Counted from the first letter of the stretch, positions 17,536 to 27,692 are shown. The stretch: DNA of 64,000 bases from Candidatus Aminicenantes bacterium (GCA_963764885.1 CAVXUH010000007.1:749066-813065); one strand, 5' to 3'. Notes: generated by a model not told the origin, from the letters alone. Made by a program: numbers and translations.

Positions 17536-18859
17536 CGACAGCCTGGTCAAGCCCGACCGTGTCTACACGGTTTCCCAGATCACCGAGGTCATCAGGGCCG
17601 AACTGGAGAGCGCCTTCCCGGTCGCCTGGGTGGAGGGCGAGGTCTCCAATTTCCGCAGGGCCGAGTCCGGCCACCTCTATTTCACCCTCAAGGACGAGCG
17701 CAGCCAGCTGCAGGCGGTGATGTGGCGGAGCGACGCGCGCCGGACGCGGTTCGACCTCAAGGACGGCCTGAAGGTGATCTGCCGCGGGCGGATCACCGTC
17801 TATGGAGCGCGGGGCCAGTATCAGCTCGTGGCCGAAGTCGTCGAGCCCAAGGGCAAGGGCGCGCTGCAGCTCGCCTTCGAGCAGCTCAAGGAGAAGCTCC
17901 GGGCCGAGGGGCTCTTCGACCCCGGCCGGAAAAGGAAGCTGCCGCTGTTTCCCAAGAAGCTGGGGATCGTCACCTCGCCGCGGGGCGCGGCCATCGTCGA
18001 TATCCTGAGAACGATCAACCGCCGTTTCGCCCGGATCCACATCCTCATCTACCCCGCCAGGGTGCAGGGCGAGGGCGCCGCCGACGAGATCGTCGAAGGC
18101 ATCGACTATCTCAGCCGGCGGCCCGACATCGACGTCATCATCGTCGGCCGCGGCGGCGGGTCGATCGAGGACCTCTGGGCGTTCAACGAGGAAAAGGTGG
18201 CCCGGGCCATCTCCCGTTCCCCGGTCCCGATCATCTCGGCCGTCGGCCACGAAGTCGATTTCACCATCGCCGATTTCGCCGCCGACATCCGGGCCTCGAC
18301 CCCGTCCGTGGCGGCCGAGATCGTCATCAAGGAGGAGCAGGCGCTCCTGGACCGCGTCGACGGCCTCCGCAGGAGGTCGTCCCAGGTGGTCCTCTATGCC
18401 CTGCAGGAGCGGCGGCATCGCCTGCTCGGCCTCAGCCGGCACGCCAGCTTTCAGGACTTCCGGATGAAGCTTCTGGGGCTCGAGCAGAGGGTGGACGACC
18501 TGGAGCACCGGGCCCGCGACATCTTCCGGCGCCGGAAGGTTCAGCTGGCCGAAAACCGGGCGACCGCCCGGCTCCTCGAGGAGAAGCTGGGGAACATCCT
18601 GCGCCGCCGGCTAGCCGGGCTTCTCTCGGCCTGGGAAAGGCTGTCGGCGGAGTTGCACAATCTGAGCCCTCTCAATATACTTCAAAAAGGCTATACGCTC
18701 TGCTGGAAGGACGACTTCGACCTCATTCGCCGGATCGAGGACGTCGAGAAAGACAAGGACATCACGGTGACTTTTTATAAAGGGGATTTCACATGCCGGG
18801 TGACAAGCATCGACGCCGAGAGGCTTCTCGAAGAGCGCCTGATCAGGGAGAAGAAATGA
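17528..18859 (+). CDS. xseA: Exodeoxyribonuclease VII large subunit
   Basis: WVEGEVSN, SGHLYFTLKD, RGGGSIEDLWAFN, SAVGHEVD and RASTPS motifs. Confidence 0.96.
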   Translation: MNSDSLVKPDRVYTVSQITEVIRAELESAFPVAWVEGEVSNFRRAESGHLYFTLKDERSQLQAVMWRSDARRTRFDLKDGLKVICRGRITVYGARGQYQLVAEVVEPKGKGALQLAFEQLKEKLRAEGLFDPGRKRKLPLFPKKLGIVTSPRGAAIVDILRTINRRFARIHILIYPARVQGEGAADEIVEGIDYLSRRPDIDVIIVGRGGGSIEDLWAFNEEKVARAISRSPVPIISAVGHEVDFTIADFAADIRASTPSVAAEIVIKEEQALLDRVDGLRRRSSQVVLYALQERRHRLLGLSRHASFQDFRMKLLGLEQRVDDLEHRARDIFRRRKVQLAENRATARLLEEKLGNILRRRLAGLLSAWERLSAELHNLSPLNILQKGYTLCWKDDFDLIRRIEDVEKDKDITVTFYKGDFTCRVTSIDAERLLEERLIREKK

Positions 18860-19158
18860 CCCCGCTGAACTTTGAGAAGGCCCTGGCCGACCTCGAGGCG
18901 ACCGTCGACAAGCTCGAAAAGGGCGGTCTCTCGCTCAACGAATCGCTGGCCCTTTTTGAGAAGGGCGTCAGGCTGGCCAGGTACCTCAGGGAAGAACTGG
19001 GCAAGGCCGAAAAGAAAGTCGAGATCCTCCTCAAGGACGAGACCGGCGAGGTCCGGGCCGAGCCTTTCGCGCTCGAGGGCGAGGCCGAGACCGGCTCAGC
19101 GGAAGACGACAAGGATGACGACGATGACGACGACGAGGGAGGCCGGCCCCTCTTCTGA
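18856..19158 (+). CDS. xseB: Exodeoxyribonuclease VII small subunit with an acidic C-terminal tail
   Basis: FEKALADLEATVDKLE...LNESLALFEKG; ATG overlaps the xseA stop. Confidence 0.93.
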   Translation: MTPLNFEKALADLEATVDKLEKGGLSLNESLALFEKGVRLARYLREELGKAEKKVEILLKDETGEVRAEPFALEGEAETGSAEDDKDDDDDDDEGGRPLF

Positions 19159-19162
19159 TCCC

Positions 19163-20032
19163 ATGCGCCCCGAAACGAGCCTCTCCCTGAAGAAGGCCGC
19201 CATCGACCGCGAGCTCGGACGCCTGCTGCCGGGCCGCGGCTCAACGGTGGCCCGGGCGATGCGCTATGCGGTGCTGCCGGGCGGGAAGAGATTCCGCCCG
19301 CTTCTGGTCATGGGCTCGGGCGCCTGTTGCGGCGCGCGCCCGCAAGTCCTGCTGCCCTTCGCCTGCGCCATCGAGCTCATCCACAGCTATTCCCTCGTCC
19401 ACGACGACCTGCCCGCCATGGACAACGACGATTTCCGCCGGGGCCGTCCGTCCTGCCACAAGGCCTTTGGCGAGGGGGCCGCTCTCCTGGCGGGGGACGG
19501 ATTGCTGACACTGGCCTTCGAGGTCATGGCCGAGGCCCGCGTCCCAGCCGGCCTGCTCGGCGCCAAAATCGAGGCCATCGCGGTCGTCGGCCGCTGTGCC
19601 GGCGTCGACGGCATGATCGGCGGCCAGTGGCTGGACATCAGCCTGTCCGCCGGGCCGCTCAGCCGGCGCGCGATGGACAACCTGAGCGCGAAGAAAACGG
19701 GCTCCCTCATCCAGGGCGCCGCCGAGGCGGGAGCGGTCCTGGGGCGGGCCGGCGCCGCCGCCCGACGGTCCCTCGCGGATTACGGCCGAAAGCTGGGGCT
19801 CGCCTTCCAGGTGCGCGACGACATCCTGGATGCCGGAGCCGTCGCGGCGGACGTCCGCTTGAGGCGGCCCGACCAGATAACCCTCCACGGGCTGGCCGGC
19901 GCTCGGGCGCGCCTGGGACGGCTCGTCGGCGGGGCCGTCCATTCCATCGAGCGGTTCGGGGAGGACGCGGCTGAGCTCCGTTACCTGGCTCTCTTGCTCC
20001 TCGACCCCCGCGCCGGGACGGAAAATGCCTAA
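19163..20032 (+). CDS. ispA: Polyprenyl (farnesyl/geranylgeranyl) diphosphate synthase
   Basis: GGKRFRP, HDDLPAMDNDDFRRG, KTG and FQVRDDILD motifs. Confidence 0.92.
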   Translation: MRPETSLSLKKAAIDRELGRLLPGRGSTVARAMRYAVLPGGKRFRPLLVMGSGACCGARPQVLLPFACAIELIHSYSLVHDDLPAMDNDDFRRGRPSCHKAFGEGAALLAGDGLLTLAFEVMAEARVPAGLLGAKIEAIAVVGRCAGVDGMIGGQWLDISLSAGPLSRRAMDNLSAKKTGSLIQGAAEAGAVLGRAGAAARRSLADYGRKLGLAFQVRDDILDAGAVAADVRLRRPDQITLHGLAGARARLGRLVGGAVHSIERFGEDAAELRYLALLLLDPRAGTENA

Positions 20033-21896
20033 GATACTCGACGGGATCAACAGCCCGGCCGACCTGAAGAAGGTCCCTCCGGAAGAGCTGCCGGCCCTCG
20101 CCGAAGAGATCCGTTCGCTGATTATCGACGTCGTCGCCAAGAACGGCGGACACCTGGCTTCGAACCTGGGCGTGGTGGAGATCACCCTGGCTCTCCATTA
20201 CGTCTTCGATTCCCCCCGGGACAAGATCATCTGGGATGTCGGTCACCAGGCCTATACCCACAAGATCCTGACCGGGCGGAAGGAGCGCTTCGCCACCCTC
20301 CGGCGTCCCGGCGGTCTCCTCGGCTTTCCCGACCGGAAGGAGAGCGAGCACGACGCGTACAACACCGGGCATGCGTCGACGGCCCTGTCGGCGGGGGTCG
20401 GCATCGCCGTGGCCCGTGACAGGAGCCGCGAGGATTTCAAGGTCGTGGCCGTCGTGGGCGACGGGGGGCTGACGGGCGGGGTCGCCTGGGAGGCGCTCAA
20501 CCAGATCGGCCACCTCAGGGAGAAGATCATCATCGTCCTCAACTACAACGAGATGTCAATCTCGACCAACGTGGGGGCGATGTCGAAATACCTGAGCTAT
20601 CTTGTGTCGGGGCAGCACTACCTCAGGATCAAAGACCGGGCCAAGACCCTGCTCAAGTCGGTGCCCAGGTTCGGCTGGCCGTTGATCCGGGCCGGGCGGG
20701 CCGTCGAGGACGCTATCAAGAAAGTCTTCTTCCCCGGGCTGGTCTTCGAGGAGCTGGGGATCCGCTATATCGGTCCCGTGCAGGGCCACAGCCTGCCGTC
20801 CCTCATCGAGGTCTTCAACGACGCGAAGACCTACGACGGGCCGGTGCTCATCCACTGTGTTACCCAGAAGGGGCGGGGTTACGCTCCGGCCCAGAACAAC
20901 CCCGAGAGGTTCCACGGCACGGCTCCCTTCAACAAGTCGACGGGGGAGCTGCTGGTCAATCCTTCCCGGCCCACCTATTCCAAGGTATTCGGCGAGGCGC
21001 TCGTCCGGCTCGCCCGAAAAGACGAAAGGATCATCGCCATCACGGCCGCGATGCCCGAAGGGACGGGTCTGAGCTGCTTCGCCCGCGAGTTCCCGGACCG
21101 GCTATATGATGTCGGCATCGCCGAGCAGCACGCCGTGAGCTTCGCGGCGGGGCTCGCCCTGCGCGGGTACAAGCCGGTGGTGGCCATCTATTCAACCTTC
21201 CTCCAGCGAGCCTACGACCAGCTTTATCATGACGTCTCCCTCCAGGACCTGCCGGTCGTCTTCGCCCTCGATCGGGCCGGGGTCGTTTCGGATGAGGGCC
21301 CGACCCACCAGGGGGTGAACGATATCGTCTATCTCCGCCACCTGCCTAACATGATCGTCATGGCCCCCAAGGACGAGGGGGAGCTCGAGCGGATGCTGAA
21401 ATCCGCCCTGGCCTACGGCCACCCCGCGGCCATCCGCTTTCCCAAGGGATCGGGCCTTGGCGTCAGCTTGGAGGCGGAGCCCCGGGAGATCGCCCCGGGC
21501 GAGGGCGAGCTCATCAGGCCGGGCGAAGCCCTGGTGGCGGCGCTGGGGAGCATGGTCTATCCGGCGCTCGCTGCCGCCGAGCGGTTGGAGAGAGAAGGGC
21601 TTTCGCTGGCCGTGCTGAACGCCCGGTTCGCCAAGCCCATCGACAAGGACACCATCCTCAGTTTCGCCCGCCCGGGGAACACGATCATCACGGTCGAAGA
21701 GGGGGTGGTGCGGGGAGGGTTCGGGAGCGCCGTCAGGGAGATCCTGGACCGGGAGCGCCGGTTTGACATCCGGTTCAAGTCGATCGGGCTGCCCGTCGAG
21801 ATCTATCCCGTGGGGAAGGCCGATGAGATCCGCAGGGCCTTCCGCCTGGATGCGGACGGCCTGACCGAAGAATTCAGGTCCGCGCTCCGAACCTAG
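20025..21896 (+). CDS. dxs: 1-deoxy-D-xylulose-5-phosphate synthase
   Basis: GGHLASNLG, WDVGHQAY, GHAST, GDG, DVGIAEQHAV, YSTFLQRAYDQ and DRAG motifs. Confidence 0.97.
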   Translation: MPKILDGINSPADLKKVPPEELPALAEEIRSLIIDVVAKNGGHLASNLGVVEITLALHYVFDSPRDKIIWDVGHQAYTHKILTGRKERFATLRRPGGLLGFPDRKESEHDAYNTGHASTALSAGVGIAVARDRSREDFKVVAVVGDGGLTGGVAWEALNQIGHLREKIIIVLNYNEMSISTNVGAMSKYLSYLVSGQHYLRIKDRAKTLLKSVPRFGWPLIRAGRAVEDAIKKVFFPGLVFEELGIRYIGPVQGHSLPSLIEVFNDAKTYDGPVLIHCVTQKGRGYAPAQNNPERFHGTAPFNKSTGELLVNPSRPTYSKVFGEALVRLARKDERIIAITAAMPEGTGLSCFAREFPDRLYDVGIAEQHAVSFAAGLALRGYKPVVAIYSTFLQRAYDQLYHDVSLQDLPVVFALDRAGVVSDEGPTHQGVNDIVYLRHLPNMIVMAPKDEGELERMLKSALAYGHPAAIRFPKGSGLGVSLEAEPREIAPGEGELIRPGEALVAALGSMVYPALAAAERLEREGLSLAVLNARFAKPIDKDTILSFARPGNTIITVEEGVVRGGFGSAVREILDRERRFDIRFKSIGLPVEIYPVGKADEIRRAFRLDADGLTEEFRSALRT

Positions 21897-21921
21897 GACC
21901 GCATCTGCCGATAGCCCGAGC

Positions 21922-22716
21922 ATGACCAAGAAAGAAAGGGCCGATACGCTCGTCGTCAGCCGGGGCCTCGCGGACTCGCGGCGGAAGGCCCAGGCATTGA
22001 TCATGGCCGGGCTGGTCTACTCGGGGGACCTGAGGATCGAGAAGCCGGGGCAGCTCGTAAGCCGGGAAGCCGCGGTGGCGGTGAGGGGCGCGATCCCGTT
22101 CGTCAGCCGGGGCGGCCTGAAGCTCGACGAGGCGCTCTCGGTTTTCGGGATCGACGTTCGGGGCGCCGTTGCGGCTGACCTGGGCGCATCCACGGGGGGC
22201 TTCACCGATTGCCTGCTCCAGCGCGGCGCCCGGCTGATCTACGCGGTGGATGTATCGGTCGACCAGCTCGACTGGCGGCTGAGGAACGATCCCCGCGTCA
22301 GGACGGTCGAGAAGAACGCCCGCTTTCTCGGCGGGGAGGATTTCGATGAGGCCCCCGGCCTGGTGGCCATGGACCTCTCGTTCATCTCGGTCCTCAAGGT
22401 CCTGCCCGCGGTCAGGGAGTTCCTGGGAGCGGGCCGGCTCCTGTGCCTGCTCAAGCCGCAGTTCGAGGCGGGACGGGGCGAGGTGGGGAAGAGGGGCGTG
22501 ATCCGGGACCCCGCCCGCCACGAGGCCGTGCTCCTCAGGCTTCTCGAGGAGTCGCGTAAACTCGGTTTCGCCAGGCGCGGCCTGATGAAATGCTCGACGG
22601 CCGGCCAGAAGGGGAACCGGGAGTTCTTTGTCTGGTGGGAGCTCGCCCCGGACACGGGCTCCGCGGCGGCGGACGCAGAGCGAATCAGGGAGGTCGTCTA
22701 TGAAAAAGAGAATTAG
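21922..22716 (+). CDS. tlyA: TlyA-family rRNA (cytidine-2'-O)-methyltransferase
   Basis: S4 domain, FVSRGGLKL, DLGASTGGFTD, DLSFIS, KPQFE and GNREF motifs. Confidence 0.95.
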   Translation: MTKKERADTLVVSRGLADSRRKAQALIMAGLVYSGDLRIEKPGQLVSREAAVAVRGAIPFVSRGGLKLDEALSVFGIDVRGAVAADLGASTGGFTDCLLQRGARLIYAVDVSVDQLDWRLRNDPRVRTVEKNARFLGGEDFDEAPGLVAMDLSFISVLKVLPAVREFLGAGRLLCLLKPQFEAGRGEVGKRGVIRDPARHEAVLLRLLEESRKLGFARRGLMKCSTAGQKGNREFFVWWELAPDTGSAAADAERIREVVYEKEN

Positions 22717-23551
22717 AAAGGCCGGCATCGTCGTCAAGCCCCACGCCACGGGGATCGAAAAAACCCTGCGCTCCCTGATCCAGTATCTCAAGGAGAAACG
22801 CATCACGCCCGTCCTCGAGGATGTGGCGGCGAGAAAGCTCCTCCAAAAGGGCGGCCTGTCCCGGGACGAGCTGCCGGGCCAGGTGGACCTCGTCATCGTG
22901 CTCGGCGGTGACGGGACGCTCCTCAGCGTGGCTCACCTGGCGGCCCTGGGCGGCATCCCGGTCGTGGGCGTCAATATGGGGCACTTGGGCTTCCTGACCG
23001 AGGTGCCAATCGAAGAGCTTTTCGTCACCCTGGACGGATTTCTGGCCGGCCGGCCGGGCATCATCAGCCCGAGGCTCTTGCTCAAGGCCAGCGCCCGCGG
23101 GAAAGACTACCTGTGCCTTAACGACGTGGTGATCAACAAGGGTGCCATGGCCCGGATGATCCAGATCGCCGTCCAGATCGACGGCCGGGAAATCGCCGAC
23201 CTGAAATCCGACGGGCTGATCATCGCCACCCCGACCGGATCGACGGCCTACTCGCTTTCGGCCGGCGGCCCGATCGTCCAGCCCAATGTCCCCGCCCTCG
23301 TCCTCTCGCCGATCTGCCCGCACGCGCTGTCGCTGAGGCCGATGGTGGTCTCCTCGGAATCGAAGATCACCCTCCGGCTCCTGACCGCCGGAGAAGAGGT
23401 CTATCTGACTCTCGACGGGCAGAGGGGAGTCCTTTTGGGAAAGGACGATGTGGTGGAGATCGAGCGCTCGGCCTTCGAGCTGAGCCTCGTCTCTTCGCCC
23501 AAGCGCAACTATTTCGACCTCCTCAAGGAAAAGCTGAGCTGGGCCACCTAA
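22700..23551 (+). CDS. nadK: NAD(+) kinase
   Basis: GGDGT, GHLGFL, ND and TPTGSTAYSLSAGGP motifs; ATG 22700 with GGAGG. Confidence 0.95.
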   Translation: MKKRIRKAGIVVKPHATGIEKTLRSLIQYLKEKRITPVLEDVAARKLLQKGGLSRDELPGQVDLVIVLGGDGTLLSVAHLAALGGIPVVGVNMGHLGFLTEVPIEELFVTLDGFLAGRPGIISPRLLLKASARGKDYLCLNDVVINKGAMARMIQIAVQIDGREIADLKSDGLIIATPTGSTAYSLSAGGPIVQPNVPALVLSPICPHALSLRPMVVSSESKITLRLLTAGEEVYLTLDGQRGVLLGKDDVVEIERSAFELSLVSSPKRNYFDLLKEKLSWAT

Positions 23552-23615
23552 AGCCGGCTTCCCATACGGCCCTCTTCATGAGCCAATCCTCGCCTCGGCC
23601 AACCGAAGGAGCGGT

Positions 23616-23648
23616 TTGACTTTTCGCCGCCCCCCCCCTTAATATGAT
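23616..23648 (+). promoter_or_regulatory. Possible sigma70 promoter with a C9 tract in the spacer
   Basis: TTGACT (23616) followed by TAATAT (18-nt spacer) or TATGAT (21-nt spacer) just before ATG 23655. Confidence 0.4.
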
Positions 23649-23654
23649 TCTCCT

Positions 23655-24506
23655 ATGAGCCGGAAGCTGAGGGTGGTTTTTGTCACTCCCGAGATCCCTC
23701 CGTTCTCCAACTCGGGCCGCCTGGTCGAGTTCTCGGCGGCGCTGCCGCCGCGGCTCTCGGACCTGGGTGTCGACATCTCCCTTGTTGTCCCGAGGTACCG
23801 CACGCCCGATGGCGGGCTGCTCGAGGCCGAGCCCTTGCCGGCGCCCCTGTCGGTTCCGATGAACGGCGACCGGCTGAAGGCCGGCGTCTTCCGGGCCGCG
23901 GCTCGGGAGTTTCCCCTGTACCTGATTGATCAGCCGAAGTATTTCTTCCGGGACAAGATCTACGGGCCGGCCGGCGCCGGTTACCTGGACAATGACGAGA
24001 GGTTCATCTTTTTCAGCCGGGCGGTCACCGAGCTCCTGCTGGGCTTCGATCCGCCGCCGGACGTCATCCACTGCCAGGATTGGCCCACGGCGCTCATCCC
24101 TGTTTTTCTCAAGACCCATTACCGGGAGGTTCCGGCCTTGAAGGGCGCGGCTTCGGTCCTCACCGTCCACAGCGCCGCCGTGCAGGGGGAGTATCCCCCG
24201 GAGAGCCTGGCCTGGACGGGCCTGAACTGGGATTTTTTCAACCACGGGCGACTGGACCTCAACGGCAAGTTCAACTTTCTCAAGGCCGGGATCGCCTACG
24301 CCGACCTGGTCAACATCGGTCCCGCCGCTGCCGGAGGGGCCCTGCCCCCGGGCAGGGGCGGCCACGGGCTGGAGGCCGCGCTCCGCAAGCGGGGCGACGC
24401 TTTCTCCGCCAGCTGCGGCGGCACCGCCCCGGGCTCCTGGGAAGAGACGGCCAGGGATTACATCGGACTTTATGAGAAAGCGCTGAAAATCAAGAGAGGA
24501 GAATGA
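23655..24506 (+). CDS. Glycogen synthase-like protein, N-terminal (GT5 catalytic) domain only
   Basis: FVTPEIPPF, YLDNDERFIFF, IHCQDW and NFLKAGI motifs, then jumps to a terminal SWEETARDYIGLY helix; only 283 aa. Confidence 0.75.
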   Translation: MSRKLRVVFVTPEIPPFSNSGRLVEFSAALPPRLSDLGVDISLVVPRYRTPDGGLLEAEPLPAPLSVPMNGDRLKAGVFRAAAREFPLYLIDQPKYFFRDKIYGPAGAGYLDNDERFIFFSRAVTELLLGFDPPPDVIHCQDWPTALIPVFLKTHYREVPALKGAASVLTVHSAAVQGEYPPESLAWTGLNWDFFNHGRLDLNGKFNFLKAGIAYADLVNIGPAAAGGALPPGRGGHGLEAALRKRGDAFSASCGGTAPGSWEETARDYIGLYEKALKIKRGE

Positions 24507-24507
24507 A

Positions 24508-24834
24508 TTGAGCGAAGATGTTCTGAATGTTACCGATGGGAACTTTGACGAGGAAGTCCTGAAGTCGGCCGTGCCCGTGCTGGTCGATTTCTGGGCGGCC
24601 TGGTGCGTGCCCTGCCGGATGATCGCGCCCACCGTCGAGAGCATCGCGGAAACCCACAAGGACAAGCTCAAGGTCGCCAAGATGAACGTCGACGAGAACA
24701 TGAAGACCCCCTCGAAATACGGCATTCGCGGCATCCCCACGCTGCTTCTCTTCAAAGGCGGCGACCTAAAAGAATCGATCGTCGGCGTTCAGCCGAAGGA
24801 CAAGATCGTCGAGGTCATCGGCAAGCACTTATGA
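24508..24834 (+). CDS. trxA: Thioredoxin
   Basis: VDFWAAWCVPC and IRGIPTL motifs; TTG start. Confidence 0.95.
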   Translation: MSEDVLNVTDGNFDEEVLKSAVPVLVDFWAAWCVPCRMIAPTVESIAETHKDKLKVAKMNVDENMKTPSKYGIRGIPTLLLFKGGDLKESIVGVQPKDKIVEVIGKHL

Positions 24835-25763
24835 GCCCGGGCGAGCCCTCGGATGTGGTCATCATCGGCGCCGGGCCGGCCGGGCTGGCGGCCGGCGTCT
24901 ACACCGGCCGGGCGCGTCTGACCACGGTCATCCTGGAGAAGCTGATCCCCGGCGGGCAGACCCTGATGACCAACTGGATCGAGAACTACCCGGGGTTCCC
25001 CGCCGGCATCGCCCCCTTCGAGCTCGTCGAGAATTTCCGGAAGCAGGCGGAGAGGTTCGGGGCGGTCATCGAAACCGATGAAGCCACCGCCCTCCGGCCC
25101 GAGGGGGACTTCTGGGTGGTCACGGGCCGGGCGCGCGAGTACCGGACGCGGGCGGTCATCGTCGCCACCGGCGGGGCCTATCGCAAGCTGGGCATTCCCA
25201 ACGAAGAGCGGCTCGCCGGCCGGGGCGTCTCGTACTGTGCCACCTGCGACGGCGCCTTCTTCCGGGATGAGCTGGTGGCCGTCGTCGGCGGCGGCGACAA
25301 TGCGCTGACGGAGGCGATCTTCCTGACCAAATTCGCCAGCAAGCTTTACGTCATCCACAGGCGTGACCGCTTCCGGTCGATCAAGATCCTCCAGGAGCGC
25401 ATCCTGACCAACCCGAAGGTCGAGGTCCTGTGGAACTCCATCGTGGAGTCGGCCGAGGGGGAGGCCCGCCTCGAAAAGGTCACCGTCCGAAACCTCAAGG
25501 AAAACCGGAGCTACGAGATGCCGCTGGACGGCCTGTTCGTCTCGATCGGGGTGGACCCGCACAGCGCCATCGTCCGTGGCCTCGTCGAGCTCAACGAGTG
25601 GGGGGAGATCAAGGTCAAGCCCGGCATGGGAACCTCGCAGAGGGGGATCTTCGCCGCCGGCGATGTCGCCGATGCCTGCCCCAAGCAGGTGGCCGTGGCC
25701 GTCGGCGCGGGCGTCACCGCCGCCCTGTCGGCGACCGCCTACCTCGAGACTCTCGGCGGCTAG
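24831..25763 (+). CDS. trxB: Thioredoxin-disulfide reductase
   Basis: GAGPAG, IENYPG, GVSYCATCDG, GGGDNA, HRRDRFR and FAAGD motifs. Confidence 0.95.
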   Translation: MSPGEPSDVVIIGAGPAGLAAGVYTGRARLTTVILEKLIPGGQTLMTNWIENYPGFPAGIAPFELVENFRKQAERFGAVIETDEATALRPEGDFWVVTGRAREYRTRAVIVATGGAYRKLGIPNEERLAGRGVSYCATCDGAFFRDELVAVVGGGDNALTEAIFLTKFASKLYVIHRRDRFRSIKILQERILTNPKVEVLWNSIVESAEGEARLEKVTVRNLKENRSYEMPLDGLFVSIGVDPHSAIVRGLVELNEWGEIKVKPGMGTSQRGIFAAGDVADACPKQVAVAVGAGVTAALSATAYLETLGG

Positions 25764-26839
25764 GCGGAGCTCCCGCCCTTCGGCCGCCGCTCCAGCTCTT
25801 CCACCCGGGCTTTCAGCTTTTTGACATCCTTGATGAAATCATAGAGCTGGGGGAGAAGGACCCAGACCTTCCGCCAGTCGCGGACGTCGAGATGCGGGCT
25901 GCCGGAGACGAAGGCCCCGGCCGGCACGTCCTTGGTGATCCCCGATTTGGCCGCGGCGATGGCCCCGTCGCCGACCCGCACGTGGTCGGCCACTCCGACC
26001 TGACCGCCCAGGAGCGCGTCCCGGCCGACCGTGACGCTGCCCGCCAGCCCCGTCTGGCCGGCCAGAACGGCGTTCTCCCCGACCTCGACATTGTGCGCGA
26101 CCTGGACCAGGTTGTCGATCTTGACGCCCCTGCGGATGATCGTCACTCCGAGAGCGGCCCTGTCGATCGCCGTGTTGGCGCCGATCTCGACATCGTCCTC
26201 GATGACGACCGTCCCCTTCTGGGGGATCTTCGTGTGCGAACCGTCGGCGAGCCGGATGAACCCGAACCCGTCGGCCCCGATGACCGCGCCGTTGTGGATG
26301 ATGACGCGGCTGCCGATCCGGACATCCTCGCGGATGGAGACGTGCGAGTGGATGACCGTGCGCTCGCCGATCACGGCCCGCGGGTAGATGCCGACGAGCG
26401 GGAAGATGACCGCGCCCTCGCCGATCCTGGCCCCGTCTCCGATGACCGAGTAAGCGCCGACCGAAACCCCCGGGCCGATCTCCGCGGACGCGGAGACCAG
26501 CGCGGCGGGGTGGATGCCGGGCGCCGGACGGTACGGTTGGAAGAACAGCTCGACGGCCCGGACGAAAGCCAGATGCGGGTTGTCGGCGATCAGGACGGGA
26601 ATGCCGCGGAAGCTCTCGTCCGGAGGGATGATCGCCGCCGAGGCCTTGGTCTCCTCGAGGAGGCGGCGGTACTTCGATTTTCCCAGGAAGACGAGGTCGC
26701 CCGGCCGGGCGTTCTCCAGGCCGGCGACCCCTTGAACGAGCACGTCCCCGTCCCCCTCATAGCGGCAGCCGAGGCGTTCGGCCAGCTCCCTGACCGTCAG
26801 GGCCGGCGGCTGGGGCGCGCCTTCAGCCGACCTTGGCAT
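25760..26839 (-). CDS. lpxD: UDP-3-O-acyl-glucosamine N-acyltransferase
   Basis: Hexapeptide repeats, GADGFGF, KIPQ, TAIDR and KIDNLVQVAHN motifs. Confidence 0.96.
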   Translation of the reverse strand: MPRSAEGAPQPPALTVRELAERLGCRYEGDGDVLVQGVAGLENARPGDLVFLGKSKYRRLLEETKASAAIIPPDESFRGIPVLIADNPHLAFVRAVELFFQPYRPAPGIHPAALVSASAEIGPGVSVGAYSVIGDGARIGEGAVIFPLVGIYPRAVIGERTVIHSHVSIREDVRIGSRVIIHNGAVIGADGFGFIRLADGSHTKIPQKGTVVIEDDVEIGANTAIDRAALGVTIIRRGVKIDNLVQVAHNVEVGENAVLAGQTGLAGSVTVGRDALLGGQVGVADHVRVGDGAIAAAKSGITKDVPAGAFVSGSPHLDVRDWRKVWVLLPQLYDFIKDVKKLKARVEELERRPKGGSSA

Positions 26840-27692
26840 GATGCCTCTCGTTCAGCACGGCCGCCAGCTCCGCGCCCCAGAGCAGAATCACAAGAGAGAA
26901 AGAGATCCACAACAGGAAAAAGATGATCGACGTCAGCGTGCCCTGCACGAGCTTGGACAGGACGATGCCGATGGCCGAAAAGTTCGCCACGTAGAGCGCA
27001 AAACCCCGTTTGAAGATCTCCCAGAGGACCGCGCTGATGCCCGCCGCGAGGGCCGCGGGCCCGGTGTGGACCTTTCTCTCCGGGATGAACTTGTAGAGGG
27101 TGAAAAAGACGAGGAAGGTCAGGGCCAGCGGCAGGATGTACTGGATGAGGAAGTTGTCCACCAGGGCGACCACCCGGGGGTTGAGATAGTTGGCCACGAG
27201 GGAGCTCTCCTCGACCATCCGGTGGAGGGCCGACCAGCTCGCCGTGATGGCCAGGGAGATGAGCAGGATGATGCCCATGACGAACATGATGGAATACTCG
27301 ATGATCCGGTTGTAGACGAACGACTTCTCATATTTGGTCCGGAAGATGGTGTTGATCGTGTAGATCAGGTTGGAAAAGAGGAAGCTCGCCGAGACGAGCG
27401 AGCCGATCAAGCCGAACCAGCCCAGGCTGCTCAGGTTGTTCGAAACCTCCTCGATGCTCTTGAAGAACGAGGGATCATACCTCGCGAAAAAATCGTCCGT
27501 AAACAGGTTCAGGCTGCGCAGGGCGAGCTCCGAGGTCCCCACCACCCGGGTGGTGATATACACGAACAGCGAAACGAGCGGGACGGCGCAGAGGAAAGCG
27601 AAATAGGAAATGACGATCGACGAATTCCAGCACTTGTCCTCGTTGAACCTCCGGAAGGTGTCCCGGAGGACGACGAATGCTGTCAGCTTCAT
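26823..27692 (-). CDS. YihY/virulence factor BrkB-family membrane protein
   Basis: About 6 TM helices, LYKFIP, LWEIFK and ILLWGAE motifs. Confidence 0.85.
   Translation of the reverse strand: MKLTAFVVLRDTFRRFNEDKCWNSSIVISYFAFLCAVPLVSLFVYITTRVVGTSELALRSLNLFTDDFFARYDPSFFKSIEEVSNNLSSLGWFGLIGSLVSASFLFSNLIYTINTIFRTKYEKSFVYNRIIEYSIMFVMGIILLISLAITASWSALHRMVEESSLVANYLNPRVVALVDNFLIQYILPLALTFLVFFTLYKFIPERKVHTGPAALAAGISAVLWEIFKRGFALYVANFSAIGIVLSKLVQGTLTSIIFFLLWISFSLVILLWGAELAAVLNERHHAKVG

Noticed and set aside
19105-19137. GAC/GAT trinucleotide run
   Set aside because: Imperfect run encoding the acidic XseB tail; not a phase-variable repeat.
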